56,907 nt of DNA, from the NCBI GenBank assembly GCA_964581935.1, contig CAZORN010000002.1, forward strand, positions 1 through 56,907, in the 5' to 3' direction. Of this stretch, positions 55,404-56,907 are shown piece by piece. Source of the stretch: an uncultured Victivallales bacterium. GTDB lineage: Bacteria > Verrucomicrobiota > Lentisphaeria > Victivallales > UBA1829. Every line of letters begins with the position of its first letter. The first letter of the stretch is position 1. The position numbers were made by a program, and so were the translations under genes. The notes beneath the pieces are model-generated. The model was not told where the DNA came from. It saw only the letters and a program-made list of their open reading frames with translations, and did no database searches.

Positions 55404-56907
55404 ATGAAAAAAACAATCCTCCTCCTTTTCGCCTTCGCGATGTCCGTTTCCGCCGCCGAAACGCCGGTCTGGAACGGCGCCAATCAATTTTCCGGCTGGA
55501 AAGCCCTGAAAAACGTCAAATGCGAGACAACCGTCGAGCATATGGCAATAACGGAAATCGGCAAGGACTCCCAGCTGGTCCTTTCCGGGATGGCGCTTGA
55601 TCCCGCACGATGCAGAACCTTCATCTACCATTACCGGGCCGAAGGAACCGGAACAGCGGGCGGTCAGCTCTATTACACGCATGACAAGGAGAATTTTTCG
55701 GATCGGCAGAAATGGATTCTTCCCCCGCTTCAGGCCGATGGAAAGTGGCATGCCGTCACGGTAACGGAAAAGAATCTGGTCAATCCTGCGAGCTGGTTTG
55801 AAGGAGGACTGATTACTCAGCTTCGCTTCGATCCCACCGACAGCGCGGGAGGGAAGATTGAAATTTCCGAACTCCGTTTCGAGTCCGGCGCCGCTCCGCT
55901 CCCTCCGGTCACCTGGAAGCTGGATGCTCCGGAGTGGCCTGCTGTCAAAGCGGAATTCCAGAACCTCCCGGAGCCCGTTGCCAAAGGCGCTTATTTTCAG
56001 GGAAAAATGATCCGGTCCCCGAAGGATCGGATCGTGGACGGTAAACACGGCAATTTCTTTTTGCGCCGTAATTTCAGTCTGAAAGAAAAACCGGTTCAAG
56101 GCTGGCTGTTGTATACCGCCGACGACAATGCGGAAGCATTCGTCAACGGAGTATCCGTTGCGAATGCGGACAACTGGAAACGAACCATTTTCGCTGAGGT
56201 CTCCGACTGTCTTACGGCCGGGAAAAATGTTCTTGCTTTTCACTACCTGAATACACGTTCCCCGGGGGGCGTTATCGGAGAGCTTTTTGTCAAATATGCC
56301 GACGGTTCCTTTGAGCGGATCAACACCGACGAGGAATTCGTCTCCTCGGTCGAAAAGAAGACCGGCTGGAACAAGAGCGGATTTGATGATTCCAACTGGG
56401 AACGCATTGTCGGGCAGCCCGGTCCTCCCGCCAATCCATGGATAGAGAAACTGGAATACCGCGATTTTTCAAAGCCGCAGAAACTGACAGGGGCCTCGGC
56501 TTCTCCCGCCACGGTCGAAGCGGGAAAGAAAATCAGGCTCCGTTTTGATTTCGAGGGACGAATGCCGGAGCTCCCGCTTTACGCGACCCTCAAGCTGAAA
56601 AAAGGAGATTCCCTGCTCTGGAGCGAAGATATGACACTTGGCGGGGAGGCGATACGGCCTCTGGAGAATGGACGATGGCAAATAGAATTTACCTATGAGG
56701 TGCCGCTTTACCTGAACTCAGTGAAAGCGGTACTCCGTCTCGAAACGGAACTTTTCCACAAATCCGGCGGTTTTCCGGAAACGGAAATTGAGATAATCCG
56801 GGCAAAGAGTATTCCCGGTTATGGGAAAGCGCCCGTTTCCGCGGTGACAAAGACCGCTTACGGGCCCACCCTCATGGTCAACGGGAAACCGTTTTTTCCT
56901 GTTTGGG
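55404..56907 (+). CDS. exported putative glycoside hydrolase, N-terminal 501 codons (runs off the right edge)
   Basis: My own translation gives MKKTILLLFAFAMSVSAAETPVWNGANQFSGW... (signal peptide). A galactose-binding-like module follows (FFLRRNFSLKEKPVQGWLLYTADDNAEAFVNGVSV...GKNVLAFHY). The translation ends ...PTLMVNGKPFFPVW, typical of entry into a GH catalytic barrel. The gene is absent from the ORF track because it is open-ended. The track's 55362..56243 minus ORF is its shadow. Confidence 0.85.
   Translation, partial: MKKTILLLFAFAMSVSAAETPVWNGANQFSGWKALKNVKCETTVEHMAITEIGKDSQLVLSGMALDPARCRTFIYHYRAEGTGTAGGQLYYTHDKENFSDRQKWILPPLQADGKWHAVTVTEKNLVNPASWFEGGLITQLRFDPTDSAGGKIEISELRFESGAAPLPPVTWKLDAPEWPAVKAEFQNLPEPVAKGAYFQGKMIRSPKDRIVDGKHGNFFLRRNFSLKEKPVQGWLLYTADDNAEAFVNGVSVANADNWKRTIFAEVSDCLTAGKNVLAFHYLNTRSPGGVIGELFVKYADGSFERINTDEEFVSSVEKKTGWNKSGFDDSNWERIVGQPGPPANPWIEKLEYRDFSKPQKLTGASASPATVEAGKKIRLRFDFEGRMPELPLYATLKLKKGDSLLWSEDMTLGGEAIRPLENGRWQIEFTYEVPLYLNSVKAVLRLETELFHKSGGFPETEIEIIRAKSIPGYGKAPVSAVTKTAYGPTLMVNGKPFFPVW

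Noticed and set aside
1-56907. A window-wide search for a CRISPR array, IS elements or transposases, rRNA genes, a prophage, toxin-antitoxin pairs, or known defence-system genes.
   Set aside because: I saw no regularly spaced direct repeats, no transposase- or integrase-like ORFs other than xerD, no rRNA-like sequence, and no nuclease, ATPase or methylase gene combinations suggestive of defence systems.

Overview
This is a 57-kb chromosomal window with moderately high GC. I saw no rRNA genes, CRISPR arrays, transposases or phage genes. The gene content, and four prepilin-like genes with an almost invariant FT[LM]IELL[VI][10 protein letters not shown]-terminus and an H-X9-DG-type C-terminal motif, suggest a PVC-superphylum bacterium, Lentisphaerota/Victivallales-like (inference only).

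Layout:
- 1-9.3 kb is housekeeping: the 5' end of pyrG, an M50 protease, xseA, a CE4 deacetylase pair, tRNA-Asp, xerD, apbE, and PadR with a membrane partner.
- 14.4-24.7 kb is one uninterrupted minus-strand phosphate super-operon. It reads two tandem secretin-family genes, pstS, an unknown 115-aa gene, pstC, pstA, pstB, phoU, phoB, phoR. Pho-box-like hexamers phased at 11 bp lie upstream of the first secretin gene and upstream of pstS.
- Four cassettes follow one gene-order rule: a local AraC- or GntR-type regulator, then an HX9DG prepilin-like gene, then a very large signal-peptide-bearing CBM/GH-like protein. They lie at 9.4-14.4, 26.6-33.9, 37.1-45.7 and 53.4-56.9 kb.
- The rest holds an RRM RNA-binding protein, a thioredoxin-like protein, an LD-carboxypeptidase, a 29-aa bS22-like micro-ORF missing from the ORF track, adenine deaminase, CstA, an A/T-rich acyltransferase-3 fusion gene, and a flavodoxin/DUF3793 pair.

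The most interesting candidates are the pseudopilin-centred PUL-like cassettes and the secretin pair embedded in the Pho operon. All functional calls rest on motif recognition by eye. No searches were run.
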